The translations under genes and the position numbers were made by a program. Below are positions 1 through 14,900 of a stretch of 64,000 bases of DNA, piece after piece; position 1 is the stretch's first letter; each line of letters begins with the position of its first letter. A model generated the notes under the pieces. The model ran no database searches. It was not told where the DNA came from and saw only the letters and a list, made by a program, of their open reading frames with translations. Source of the DNA: Lingula anatina (lineage: Eukaryota > Animalia > Brachiopoda); the NCBI GenBank assembly GCA_051362555.1, contig CM120640.1:6572001-6636000 (forward strand). The letters run 5' to 3'.

Positions 1-77
1 AAATTATGAACAAACAAAAATAAAACATTCACATTCTTCAAACAAAATAACAATGTACCTCACATAGTAGAATATTA

Positions 78-2389
<2,312 letters not shown>

Positions 2390-2929
2390 GTTACTTTGTT
2401 AGTGTTCTATGTCATCTATCAATGCTCATGTCCTTGGATGAATGAAAATCGTAAATAAGACGGATGGAAACATTACAAGATTGCCATTTGGTCATCTAGA
2501 CAGTCAAGACATTATATAACGTGATTCTGTCCACAACTTTGCCAGGTCCTACACTTTATTCTCTGCACAACTGTCACCTCACATGTAGAATCGGTCTGCT
2601 GATGGATTTTAGCCAATCGAAAGGCTTTATTTTGTTGACCATGATTACGTGCATGGCAGACCCGTTTTATCATTATAATACGTCCAATGATATGCAGCAT
2701 CTGTAATTCTTATAGAAATTTGATTCAGTATTTTATACACCTCTAAAAATGTATATAATGTTTAGAATTATTTTGCATTTTATGAATTTGTTACATATGT
2801 GCACTTAAAAGTGCGAACTGTTATGGTGGTGCACCATGCACACATTATATTCAATCATAGGAATAGAAGCTAGTTACTGCGGTGCTACAGCCACATTGTC
2901 CCTGAATGAAAACATCGTAGGACAGATAA
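2390..2929. promoter_or_regulatory. Bidirectional promoter of SQLE/UCKL1 with SRE-like and CCAAT (NF-Y) sites
   Basis: Divergent ATGs about 540 bp apart. GTCACCTCAC at 2573-2582 and ATAACGTGAT at 2516-2525 resemble SREBP sites. AGCCAATCG (CCAAT 2613-2617) and GTCCAATGA (CCAAT 2684-2688) are CCAAT boxes. Confidence 0.6.
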
Positions 2930-5900
2930 ATGGACCAATTAGTTTTTAAACCACCAGGTAGTCTCCCTAGCTCTGCAGGGTCTGCGAGTTCAGACAGGTA
3001 AAAAAGCTCAACTTTCAGAAATTGAATTAAGTTTGTATTTATTAAAAAAAAACATTGACGAAAAACACGTGCAAGGCACCTTTTCAATGCAATGCATTTG
3101 CATTGCAACGTTAATTGTTTTTGCTGTGCACAAACGAGTCAGTTCAAGTCACAGTGTGGCGAATCACAGAATATATATGATATAAGTGTGTTTGCTTTGG
3201 TAACTGGCTGAAAACTATTAAACTCATACCATAGGTCGATCTAGGTGGATAGGACTACCAAAATAATAGTCAAGTCTACCCTATTATGCAATTAAGGCAC
3301 ACCCCACCTATCTGATAAAATATCGCACTTAGAAAAGCTAAGTATATACAGATGTTTTTCTGAAAGTCATGGTTAAAGTCAGTCAAGATGTTGAAATGCC
3401 AAATGAGATTATTTAGCCTGTGACATGACATGAATTTAAAATTATTACATGATTGCTCATATTTTATTTTGAGTTCTCGTTACAGAGGCTGTCATTTTAT
3501 ACATATTTAGTAGCACGGCAGTGAGTTGGAAAGTGTGGTGATTTTTTAATGGATGTATGTTAAAAACTTATGTGATACATTCAAACTTGTGACAATTACA
3601 GCAACTCCAGTAGCTTTGTAGTTATTTTTTCATTAGGCTACCATTGTGATAAGAACTGTAATAAAAATTGTCTTAAAATTAAACAAATTTCATTAAATCA
3701 TCATATTTACCTCACTAAATTTTATTAAATAATGACAGCCTTGGAAACCAAAATTTCAAAAAACATTGATAAAAATTAGAGCAGAAATGGACATCGTATC
3801 ACTCTCAAACCAAGTCTGTCTAATGATAAATAGCCAACTTGGTTTGAGGGTGTTTTTGACGTAATTTTCTATGTTGTGTTATATAAATGAAATAAGATTT
3901 TAATGATGGACTCTTTTGTCGGATATGGCAATTTCATGATAATTGTTTAAAAATACATAGCAGATTTCTATCAGGTTTTTCACACTGGTATACTAGTGTG
4001 GTATTCTTGAGTCATTTTTTTATTCTGTGGTTTGTAGGTTCTTTATTTGATCAAGCTGACAGCTGAGCATGGAAACTGCCATGGGTTTTTAAAAAATGCA
4101 GAATTCATATGATAAACATTGAATAAATATAAATATTTAGATAAAATGTTCATTGTGTTACAACAACTTATCTTTGATTACAGTGACAAAGACAATGAAC
4201 TAGAAGTGGACACAGGCTCTGATGAGCCTTTTGAGGAGTCTGTGACCCCCCCAAGGACACCCACTAAAACTGTGCCCCCAAAGAGCCCCGTAAAGACAAC
4301 ACCTGGGAAACGTAGGAGCAGGACCACTAGTTTAAGTGCCACAAAGTCTGCTGCTCGTGTAGTGACGTCTGGCAATCGAACTATATACACAGCAGGAAGA
4401 CCACCATGGTATAATTCTCAGGGAGAGTTGAAGGAAGCTTTTGTTATAGGTTTGTTCAGTGTTGTCCTTAAAACTAAAGAAATTACTTAAGAAAGTTATG
4501 TTTACTGGTTGCTTGTAGAATATATTACTTTCTGTCACTTACGCATGTTTTCCCCTTAGATAGTGATGCTAAATAAGTGAAAGATTAATCTACATAATGA
4601 TTTAGTAGTGCTTATCATGTACTAGTAGGGATATGTTATCACAGAAAACATGCTACTGCTATTGCAGGACTGTGTGGAGGCAGTGCTTCAGGGAAAACTA
4701 CAGTAGCCAAAAAGATCATTGAAGCTCTTGATGTTCAGTGGGTCAGCGTACTTAGCATGGATTCTTTTTACAAGGTGACTTGGGAAAGACTTTATATATG
4801 TATATAAAGAGCTTAGAGTAAATTATTATTCAACTTGAGATAAGAAGGTCTCATGTAAGCATCTATGGAAAGAAGTAAAGTCATATTTTGTACCTTTTTA
4901 GGTCAGTACTGTTGTGAACAATTTAAATTTATCCAAAAACACTTTTGGAATAACTGAAAATTTTCATGTAATATTTAAAATCCCCCTTCAGGTATTAACA
5001 AAAGAACAACATGAAGAGGCTGCAAGAAATGAGTACAACTTTGACCATCCAGATTCATTTGATTTTGACCTGATGGTTCAGACTCTGAGGCGTCTCAAGT
5101 ATGGAAAGAGAGTGGATGTTCCAATATACAATTTCCAAACACATGCCAGGGAAAAGGAAAAGGTAATATTGCAAAACTGTCTGTATATATTGCCATTGAC
5201 TGTGTCTATCAGCTTTGCTTAAGTTGGAGCAGGAGCCATGTACGTATCTTGTTTGTTAAAATGAAAAACATTAGCAAAATTAAATGGTTTGTGATAGATG
5301 TGAAACATAATGATATAATATTTCAAATTCACGGAAAAACTCCTTATGATGCTTATAAAGTTTGTAGAAAACAAATGAATTCTTTGTGAGCAGTTGTTAG
5401 CAGATTTGAAACTTGCTGACTTTTTTTATTTACAGAAAACTCTTTATGGTGCTAATGTAGTTATATTTGAAGGAATTATGACATTCTGTAATAAACAACT
5501 GCTGGAGGTATGTGTTCAACATATGTTGCATTAGATCATTAGGTTTATTTTGTGATGACTAGCAAGCTGTCAGGAAGTAGAATTTTTAATAATTGACCCC
5601 ACAACACATTTGTGCACAAAATCATCTTGTGACCTTATGAGCATTGCATATCATTCTGTTGCTTGCTGTAGTTTTTTGATTCATTAGAAATCAGAATAAG
5701 TATTGCCTTTTTCCTTTATATAGACATTTTCAATGGTGGTAAAAATGTATGCTTTCAAATTATTTGGTAAAGTTTTTGGCATGAATCAGTATTAAAAGAA
5801 TTACGTGATTTCATTTTTTCTGCCTGAATAAGCATGAATGATGAGGTATGGTAAACTATTTGTTTCAGTTAATGGACATGAAGATTTTTGTGGACACGGA

Positions 5901-8900
5901 TTCAGATGTAAGGTGTGGTATTTAAGATTACATTTCAGTGGCCTTTCTGCAAAGGGTCTGCCTGCTTCCCTCTTTCCACCCTCCTCCCTTTTTTTCTTGA
6001 CCAGCATAATAATATTATTATATAACCTGATGAAAATGGTTAGTTTATACATATATATATACACATGAGCAGCACTGATTTTATAAAGAATGTTCAGTTG
6101 TGTTTAGCAGTCTACTGAATTTACAACTAGCATTTACAATGTTTGGATTTAATGTATAATATAATAAAAAAAAAAGGATTGCAGTAACCATATTTAAGTA
6201 GTCATGTTAGAGTTTTGACACGTGCTGGCCAAATAAGTGTTTCATACTTGATTACTATGGTAGGCTTGCCAGGAGATTGAAGAGGGATATCACAGAACGA
6301 GGTAGAGAGATTGAGGGGGTTCTGAAACAGTACCACAAATTTGTGAAACCAGCCTACGACCACTATATAGCCCCCACCATGGTCCATGCTGACATTATTG
6401 TTCCAAGAGGTAACACATTTCAGTGATTTTATGGTATTTAATTTTTTTTTTTTTTTTTTTTTGCAAATTTTTTGTTCAGTTGAAAGATAAGTTATGATAC
6501 ATGGAGAGTTTTTTGAGACCAGTAAAAGTATTGAAGATGAGAACATTGATCTTGCTTTCGTAAAGTTGAACCAGTATATGATATTCTTGTGTATGTATTT
6601 TCCATTAGTTGTTTGATATTTTTGTGTTGTCATGGTAAACAGTCTCTCATACTAATTTCTTTACTTTTGACACCAGGAGGAGAAAATAAGATAGCTTTGA
6701 ATCTCATTGTAACCCATGTCCACAACCAATTACAACAGGTAAGGCCACACTTTTTTATTTTTATGGATGACATCCTCTGGGTACCCCAAAATCGGTGCGA
6801 GAGGGCGAAAAAAAAAAAACAGTCCAAAAAAAAAAAAAAAACTGCTTAAGTAAAGGAATGCTGTCAGTACACAGCTGGAAACACAAATTTAACCACAGAA
6901 ACACGTATCAAACTAACAATATGTCTTTATCCATGCTCTCAAAATATTAAAGCATTGTGAATACTTCGTAGAAATGTAAAAAAAAGTCATGAATTGATAT
7001 ACTTCATATTACCAAATCTATTTAAGGTTATTTCATGCATTCATTTGGTATAGCAATCAATAAAACAAATATCAATCAAACAGTGCGTCTTTATTTGTAT
7101 TCTCAGAATATTAAAACATTTTGAACACTTCACAGCAATGTTTAAAAAATGATGCAAAGATGTGCTTAATACTACCAAATCTATTAAAGGTCATTTCAGA
7201 CGATGCCATTTTGTCAACTTCAACTCACACGAAGCAGCTAAACTGTCAGGTGGCCTGTCCGACCTTCAGCCCACCAAATACCTCGACGCCCTTGTCGACC
7301 CTTTTTTCGCTACAGAAAACCTGGTATTAATGTGCTGCTTTATACAGAATGTCACAGAAATGTTTCGGCCGCCGCCAGCCTTTCGCACAATTGTAAAAAG
7401 GTGATATCTCCATGCCCAATATCAATGGCATACCAATCCAAAACGATGGCGCCCGTTCTCTTGATGACTTTTATTGTTGTGTATTATTTGAAAGTAATCC
7501 TAGAGATGAATTTGACAGCAAAGTGGCCGCATTTCCACGTGGCGAAAATACGCATGCGCAGAAAGCTCTTTTCCTTGCAAATTCAATAACGACGTTTGCG
7601 ACAACCGACTTCGTTGGGGGCTGGGGGGGGGGGGGGGGGGGCTTTTTTTTTTTTTTTTTTTTTGGAGAACGGGCGAAAATCCGTGCGCGCGCAGGATGTC
7701 ATCCATAAAATTAAAAAAGTGTGGCCTAAGTGTAGCTGTTTGTTGCAAAAATGAAAATGTCTGGTAAGAAGATTTGCATTTTAATTTAATCTTCTATATT
7801 GTTTGGATTTTTTTCTTGTTAGTGTGGTGGTAATTTTAGGGAGACAAATTTTTGATGTAATATAATAAATGGAAGCAATTTATAGAAGGGTTAAATAATA
7901 AACATAAGATATAATTAAATCATATCAGTTATTTATTCTGATTGACAATTAAAAATACATTGCATTTGCTTTGTTTTCAGAGAGGCTTCATGTTCCGTTC
8001 TAAACTGGCCAATGCCCAGTACGAAGGCCAGCCACTTCCCAGTACTCTTTATGTTCTAGAGAACACATCACAGGTTAAAGGACTGCACACATTCATTAGG
8101 TACTGCTTTAATACGTTTTGTCTTGGGGGGAAAAAATATCCAAAATATTTTGTATTTTACAAGTTTCACGTAATTGATGGCAGGCAGATTTAAATGCAGT
8201 CTCTTGCATTATTCAGAAACAAGAAGACTTCAAGAGATGAGTTTATCTTTTATTCCAAGCGTTTGATGAGGTTGCTTATAGAATATGCACTGTCCATGCT
8301 GCCACACAAAGTAAGTACAAGGACGAAATGTAGGATTTTAGAGCCCTTATAAATTGCAGTTTTAATTTTAAGTAACATTTTTTCCTGATGTTGAAAGAAG
8401 AAAAGGTGCTGAAAAAATTAGATTGAATCAATTGAGCAGTAAGAAAATTATCAGATATTCACATGCAATTAAATATATCATTTTTCCAGCACAGCAAACT
8501 TGTATTGTGGTTTAAAAAAAAAGCTAATTGGTTAATAGGTCAGAAACTTTTGGAAAGCTGAATACGTCAAACTGTTTAAAATAATTTGGTCTGGTGGCTG
8601 TTTCAGAAAGTGGTGGTGGACACTCCCCAGGGCATTCCTTATGAAGGCATGAAGTTGGATGATAGCAAGGTGAAAAAAGTAAGTAATAATCAAAACGTCA
8701 TGCTATGCTCTTAAGGTATTTGTTAGATAAAGAGTTTGATTTTTTTTCATGACATGGCATGGGATGTTACATAAATATTTAGAGCTGTGACTTCATATTG
8801 GATTAAAAAGGTTGATCAAATTAGAATGAATCATTGCACTTCCTCATCCAGGTATCATTTGGGTAAACATGATATAATAATAATTTATGAAATTATTTCA

Positions 8901-11900
8901 GGTTTGTGGTGTGTCAATATTGAGGGCTGGAGAAACAATAGAGCCTGCACTGACTGAGGTACTCAAGGATATCAGGCTGGGAAAAATACTCATACAAACC
9001 AATCTGGACACTGGAGAACCTGAGGTACATTCAGTATTTATTGTACCACCAGCGTTAGCGCTGGCGGTACACATGGTTTCGGTCCCGTCCGGATCGTTCC
9101 GCCGGCTCCGCCGGCTCCGTTGGCTCCGCCGGCTCCGCCGGACGGCTACCGTTACCGCTTCTCCTCCTAGACGGTAAGGGCCCCCATACCCATCTCATGG
9201 ATTTAGGTCACCTATAATCTCAACTCGTTCCACGTAAAATTTGGGCTTTGTCGGTATTGGGGTCTGGGTGTGGCACTCATTGCAATGCACCCTTGTCTAA
9301 AAATGGCAAAATTAAATGCTTATTATCTACCCTACGGAAGGAGTTATGGGAAAAATTTCTATAGACGGCTTTCCAAAAGTCATATGTGTAGATTTCAAAT
9401 ATACCCTTGGATTTGACCTTTGACCTTTACTTCAAGGTCAAATGGGCCAAAATTTTCAAAAAAATGAAATTTTTTACGAAAAAAATTTTTTTTGCCCTGT
9501 TATTCAGAGACCACACAGACTTAACCAATAATATTATTGGAAAGTGTTACCCTTCAGGTCATCTTTCATCTCCATGAATTTGGGGTCAATCAGTGCATTT
9601 TCACGGGAGTAGCGGCCATAAGATACCGAAACTGAAAACTGTCTCTAATTCGGGAACCGTTAATGCTAGAGACCCATTCTTTTTTGCATTTTGTAGAGCA
9701 TGTTAAGCCCAACACTGGAGGTGGTCTCGGTTTTTTTTGTATTCCATACGGTTTTCGAGTTACGCTGTATCAAAAAGTACATATTGGTGGTAAAAGCAAA
9801 ATGTACAGTACGGTAATGGATAATAAATTTTGAACTCTGGAAAAATAAAACATAAGGCTTGGCAAAGCAGACAACTTGTGTTCAAAAATGACATTACTTC
9901 ATCAAATTTGAACTTCTGAAACTTCAGAGCACCTCCTATTTCAAGAATTTTGATCAAAATGACATTTTCTTTATTGTACCACCAGCGTTAGCGCTGGCGG
10001 TACACATGGTTTCGGTCTCGTCCGGATCGTTCCGCCGGCTCCGCCGGACGGCTACCGTTACCGCTTCTCCTCCTAGACGGTAAGGCCCCCCATACCCATC
10101 TCATGGATTTAGGTCACCTATAATCTCAACTCGTTCCACGTAAAATTTGGGCTTTGTCGGTATTGGGGTCTGGGTGTGGCACTCATTGCAATGCACCCTT
10201 GTCCAAAAATGGCAAAATTAAATGCTAATTATCTACCCTACGGAAGGAGTTACGGGAAAAATTTCTACAGACGGCTTTCCAAAAGTCATATGTGTAGATT
10301 TCAAATATACCCTCGGATTTGACCTTTGACCTTTACTTCAAGGTCAAATGGGCCAAAATTTTCAAAAAAATGAAATTTTTTACGAAAAAAAAATTTTTTG
10401 CCCTGTTATTCAGACACCACACAGACTTAACCAATAATATTATTGGAAAGTGTTACCCTTCAGGTCATCTTTCATCTCCGTGAATTTGGGGTCAATCGGT
10501 GCATTTTCACAGGAGTAGCGGCCATAAGATACCGAAACTGAAAACTGTCTCTAATTCGGGAACCGTTAATGCTAGAGACCCATTCTTTTTTGCATTTTGT
10601 AGAGCATGTAAAGCCCAACACTGGAGGTGGTCTCGGTTTTTTTGTATTCCATACGGTTTTCGAGTTACGCTGTATCAAAAAGTACATATTGGTGGTGAAA
10701 GGAAAATGTACGGAAGCCCACTGGTGCCATATGTAGAAAAAAAAATTATCTCGAAATTTCGAGATACTATTTTGAAATTTGAACAAAAAAATTTACCACC
10801 AGCGTTAGCGCTGGCGGTACACATGGTTTCGGTCCCGTCCGGTCCGTTCCGCCGGCTCCGCCGCCATGTTACCGTTACCGCTTCTCCTCCTAGACGGTAA
10901 GGGCCCCCGTACCCATCTCATGGATTTAGGTCACCTATAATCTCAACTCGTTCCACGTAAAATTTGGGCTTTGTCGGTATTGGGGTCTGGGTGTGGCACT
11001 CATTGCAATGCACCCTTGTCTAAAAATGGCAAAATTAAATGCTAATTATCTACCCTACAGAAGGAGTTACGGGAAAAATTTCTATAGACGGCTTTCCAAA
11101 AGTCATATGTGTAGATTTCAAATATACCCTCGGATTTGACCTTTGACCTTTACTTCAAGGTCAAATGGGTCAAAATTTTCAAAAAAATGAAATTTTTTAC
11201 GAAAAAAAATTTTTTTGCCCTGTTATTCAGACGCCACACAGACTTAACCAATAATATTATTGGAAAGTGTTACCCTTCAGGTCATCTTTCATCTCCGTGA
11301 ATTTGGGGTCAATCGGTGCATTTTCACAGGAGTAGCGGCCATAAGATACCGAAACTGAAAACTGTCTCTAATTCGGGAACCGTTAATGCTAGAGACCCAT
11401 TCTTTTTTGCATTTTGTAGAGCATGTAAAGCCCAACACTGGAGGTGGTCTCGTTTTTTTTGTATTCCATACGGTTTTCGAGTTACGCTGTATTAGAAAGT
11501 ACATATTGGTGGTGAAAGGAAAATGTACGGAAGCCGACTGGTGCCATATGTAGAAAAAAAAATTATCTCGAAATTTCGAGATACTATTTTGAAATTTGAA
11601 CAAAAAAAATTTTTATCTCGAAATTTCGAGATAGCATTTTGAAATTTGAACAAAAAAAAAATTATCTCGAAATTTCGAGATAGCATTTTGATATTTGAGC
11701 AAAAATATTTATCTCGAAATTTCGAGATAGTATTTTGAAATTTGAACAAAAAAAATGCTATCTCGAAATTTCGAGATAATTTTTTTTTTCAACATATGGC
11801 ACCAGTCGGCTTCCGTAAAAATGTGCAGTACGGTAATGGATAATAAATTTTGAACTCCGGAAAAATAAAACATAATGCTTGGCAAAGCAGACAACTTGTG

Positions 11901-14900
11901 GTCAAAAATGACATTATTTTATCAAATTTAAACTTCTGCAACTTCAGAGAACCTCCCATTTCAAGAACTTTGACCAAAATGACCTTTTCTTTATTTTAAT
12001 TAAATTTTTTCTGTAGGAAATTTATGGCACATTATGGTAACTCCAAAATTATAACATTTAGTCCCTTATATCTCCAAAACTGGCAGAGATAGGTCCATAG
12101 TTACTATTGAAGTTGAATAGGAAGTCATATACTGGCAATCTTACTGTGACCTTGACATTGACCTTTGACCTACTTTTCACCATGAACTGAACTTTGCAAA
12201 TTTTGCTTCCCTTTTATCTCCAAAACTGGCAGAGATAGGTCCATAGTTACTATTGAAGTTGAATAGGAAGTCATATACTGGCAATCTTACTGTGACCTTG
12301 AAATTGACCTTTGACCTACTTATCACCATGAACTGAACTTTGCAAATTTTGCTTCCCTTTTATCTCCAAAACTGGCAGAGATAGGTCCATAGTTACTATT
12401 GAACTTGAATAGGAAGTCATATACTGGTAATTTTACTGTGACCTTGAAATTGACCTTTGACCTACTTTTCACCTTGAACTGAACTTTGCAAAATTTGCTT
12501 CCCTTTTATCTCCAAAACTGGCAGAGATAGGTCCATAGTTACTATTGAACTTGCATAGGAAGTCATATACTGGCAATTTTACTGTGACCTTGAAATTGAC
12601 CTTTGACCTTCTTTTCACCATGAACTGAACTTTGCAAATTTTGCTTCCCTTTTATCTCCAAAACTGGCAGAGATAGGTCCATAGTTACTATTGAAGTTGA
12701 ATAGGAAGTCATATACTGGCAATCTAAATGTGACCTTGAAATTGACCTTTGACCTACTTTTCACCATGAACTGAACTTTGCAAATTTTGCTTCCCTTTTA
12801 TCTCCAAAACTGGCAGAGATAGGTCCATAGTTACTATTGAAGTTGGATAGGAAGTCATATACTGGCAATCTTACTGTGACCTTGAAATTGACCTTTGACC
12901 TACTTATCACCATGAACTGAACTTTGCAAATTTTGCTTCCCTTTTATCTCCAAAACTGGCAGAGATAGGTCCATAGTTACTATTGAACTTGAATAGGAAG
13001 TCATATACTGGCAATTTTACTGTGACCTTGAAATTGACCTTTGACCTACTTTTCACCTTGAACTGAACTTTGCAAAATTTGCTTCCCTTTTATCTCCAAA
13101 ACTGGCAGAGATAGGTCCATAGTTACTATTGAACTTGCATAGGAAGTCATATACTGGCAATTTTACTGTGACCTTGAAATTGACCTTTGACCTTCTTTTC
13201 ACCATGAACTGAACTTTGCAAATTTTGCTTCCCTTTTATCTCCAAAACTGGCAGAGATAGGTCCATAGTTACTATTGAAGTTGAATAGGAAGTCATATAC
13301 TGGCAATCTAAATGTGACCTTGAAATTGACCTTTGACCTACTTTTCACCATGAACTGAACTTTGCAAATTTTGCTTCCCTTTTATCTCCAAAACTGGCAG
13401 AGATAGGTCCATAGTTACTATTGAAGTTGAATAGGAAGTCATATACTGGCAATCTTACTGTGACCTTGAAATTGACCTTTGACCTACTTTTCACCATGAA
13501 CTGAACTTTGCAAATTTTGCTTCCCTTTTATCTCCAAAACTGGCAGAGATAGGTCCATAGTTACTATTGAAGTTGGATAGGAAGTCATATACTGGCAATT
13601 TACTGTGACCTTGAAATTGACCTTTGACCTACCTTACAATGAACTTAACTTTGATTGCACCATTTTTAGTTATATATATTTTTTGCATATTTTGAAAATT
13701 CTTGTTGATTGCATTTTTACAGCTTGTCAAGCACAAGACTGGTGGCTGCACCCCTTATTTTGTGTATGTGGGGGTCTATACGAATGCGCTTGCTCCAGCT
13801 GGTGGTACAATATTCGGAGGCGGTATCGCCTCTCTGATCCTCTAGTTTTAATTAATTTTTTCTGTACGAAATTTAAGGCACATTATGGTAACTCCAAAAT
13901 TATAACATTAAGTCCCTTATATCTCCAAAACTGGCAGAAATAGGTCCATAGTTACTATTGAAGTTGAATAGGAAGTCATATACTGGCAATCTTACTGTGA
14001 CCTTGAAATTGACCTTTGACCTACTTTTCACCATGATCTGAACTTTGCAAATTTTGCTTCCCTTTTATCTCCAAAACTGGCAGAGATAGGTCCATAGTTA
14101 CTATTGAACTTGAATAGGAAGTCATATACTGGCAATTATAATGTGATCTTAAAATTAATCTTTGACCTACTTTTCACCATGAATTGAACTTTGCAAATTT
14201 TGCTTTCCTTTTATCTCCAAAACTGGCAGAGATAGGCCCGTAGTTATTATTGAACTTGAATAGGAAGTCATATACTGGCAAACTAAATGTGACCTTAAAA
14301 TTGACCTTTGACCTACTTTACACCATGAACTGAATTTTGCAAATTTTACTTTCCTTTTATCTCCAAAACTGGCAGAGATAGGTCCGTAGTTACTATTGAA
14401 CTTGAATAGGAAGTCATATACTGGCAATCTAAATGTGACCTTAAAATTGACCTTTGACCTACTTTTCACCATGAACTGAATTTTGCAAATTTTGCTTTCC
14501 TTTTATCTCCAAAACTGGCAGAGATAGGTCCATAGTTACTATTAAACTTGAATAGGAAGTCATATACTGGCAATCTAAATGTGACCTTAAAATTGACCTT
14601 TGACCTACTTGTAACCATGAACTGAACTTTGCAAATTTTGCTTCCCTTTTATCTCCAAAACTGGCAGAGATAGGTCCGTAGTTACTATTGAACTTGAATA
14701 GGAAGTCATATACTGGCAATCTATATGTGACCTTAAAATTGACCTTTGACCTACTTTGCACCATGAACTGAACTTTGCAAATTTTTCTTCCCTTTTATCT
14801 CCAAAACTGGCAGAGATAGGTCCATAGTTACTATTGAAGTTGAATAGGAAGTCATATACTGGCAAACTAAATGTGACCTTAAAATTGACCTTTGACCTAC

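Larger units (their letters stand above)
9971..13845 (+). mobile_element. Double-headed HINE copy (truncated head B 9971-10794 fused to complete copy C 10795-13845), nested inside copy A
   Basis: Same termini as copy A. Removing it rejoins copy A's TTTTCT...TTTTAATTAA, matching the uninterrupted sequence in copy C near 11985-12003. Confidence 0.85.

Noticed and set aside
11560-11782. Regularly spaced palindromes resembling a CRISPR array
   Set aside because: The spacers are near-identical rather than unique, the context is eukaryotic, there are no cas genes, and the array is bounded by TIRs and a TSD.
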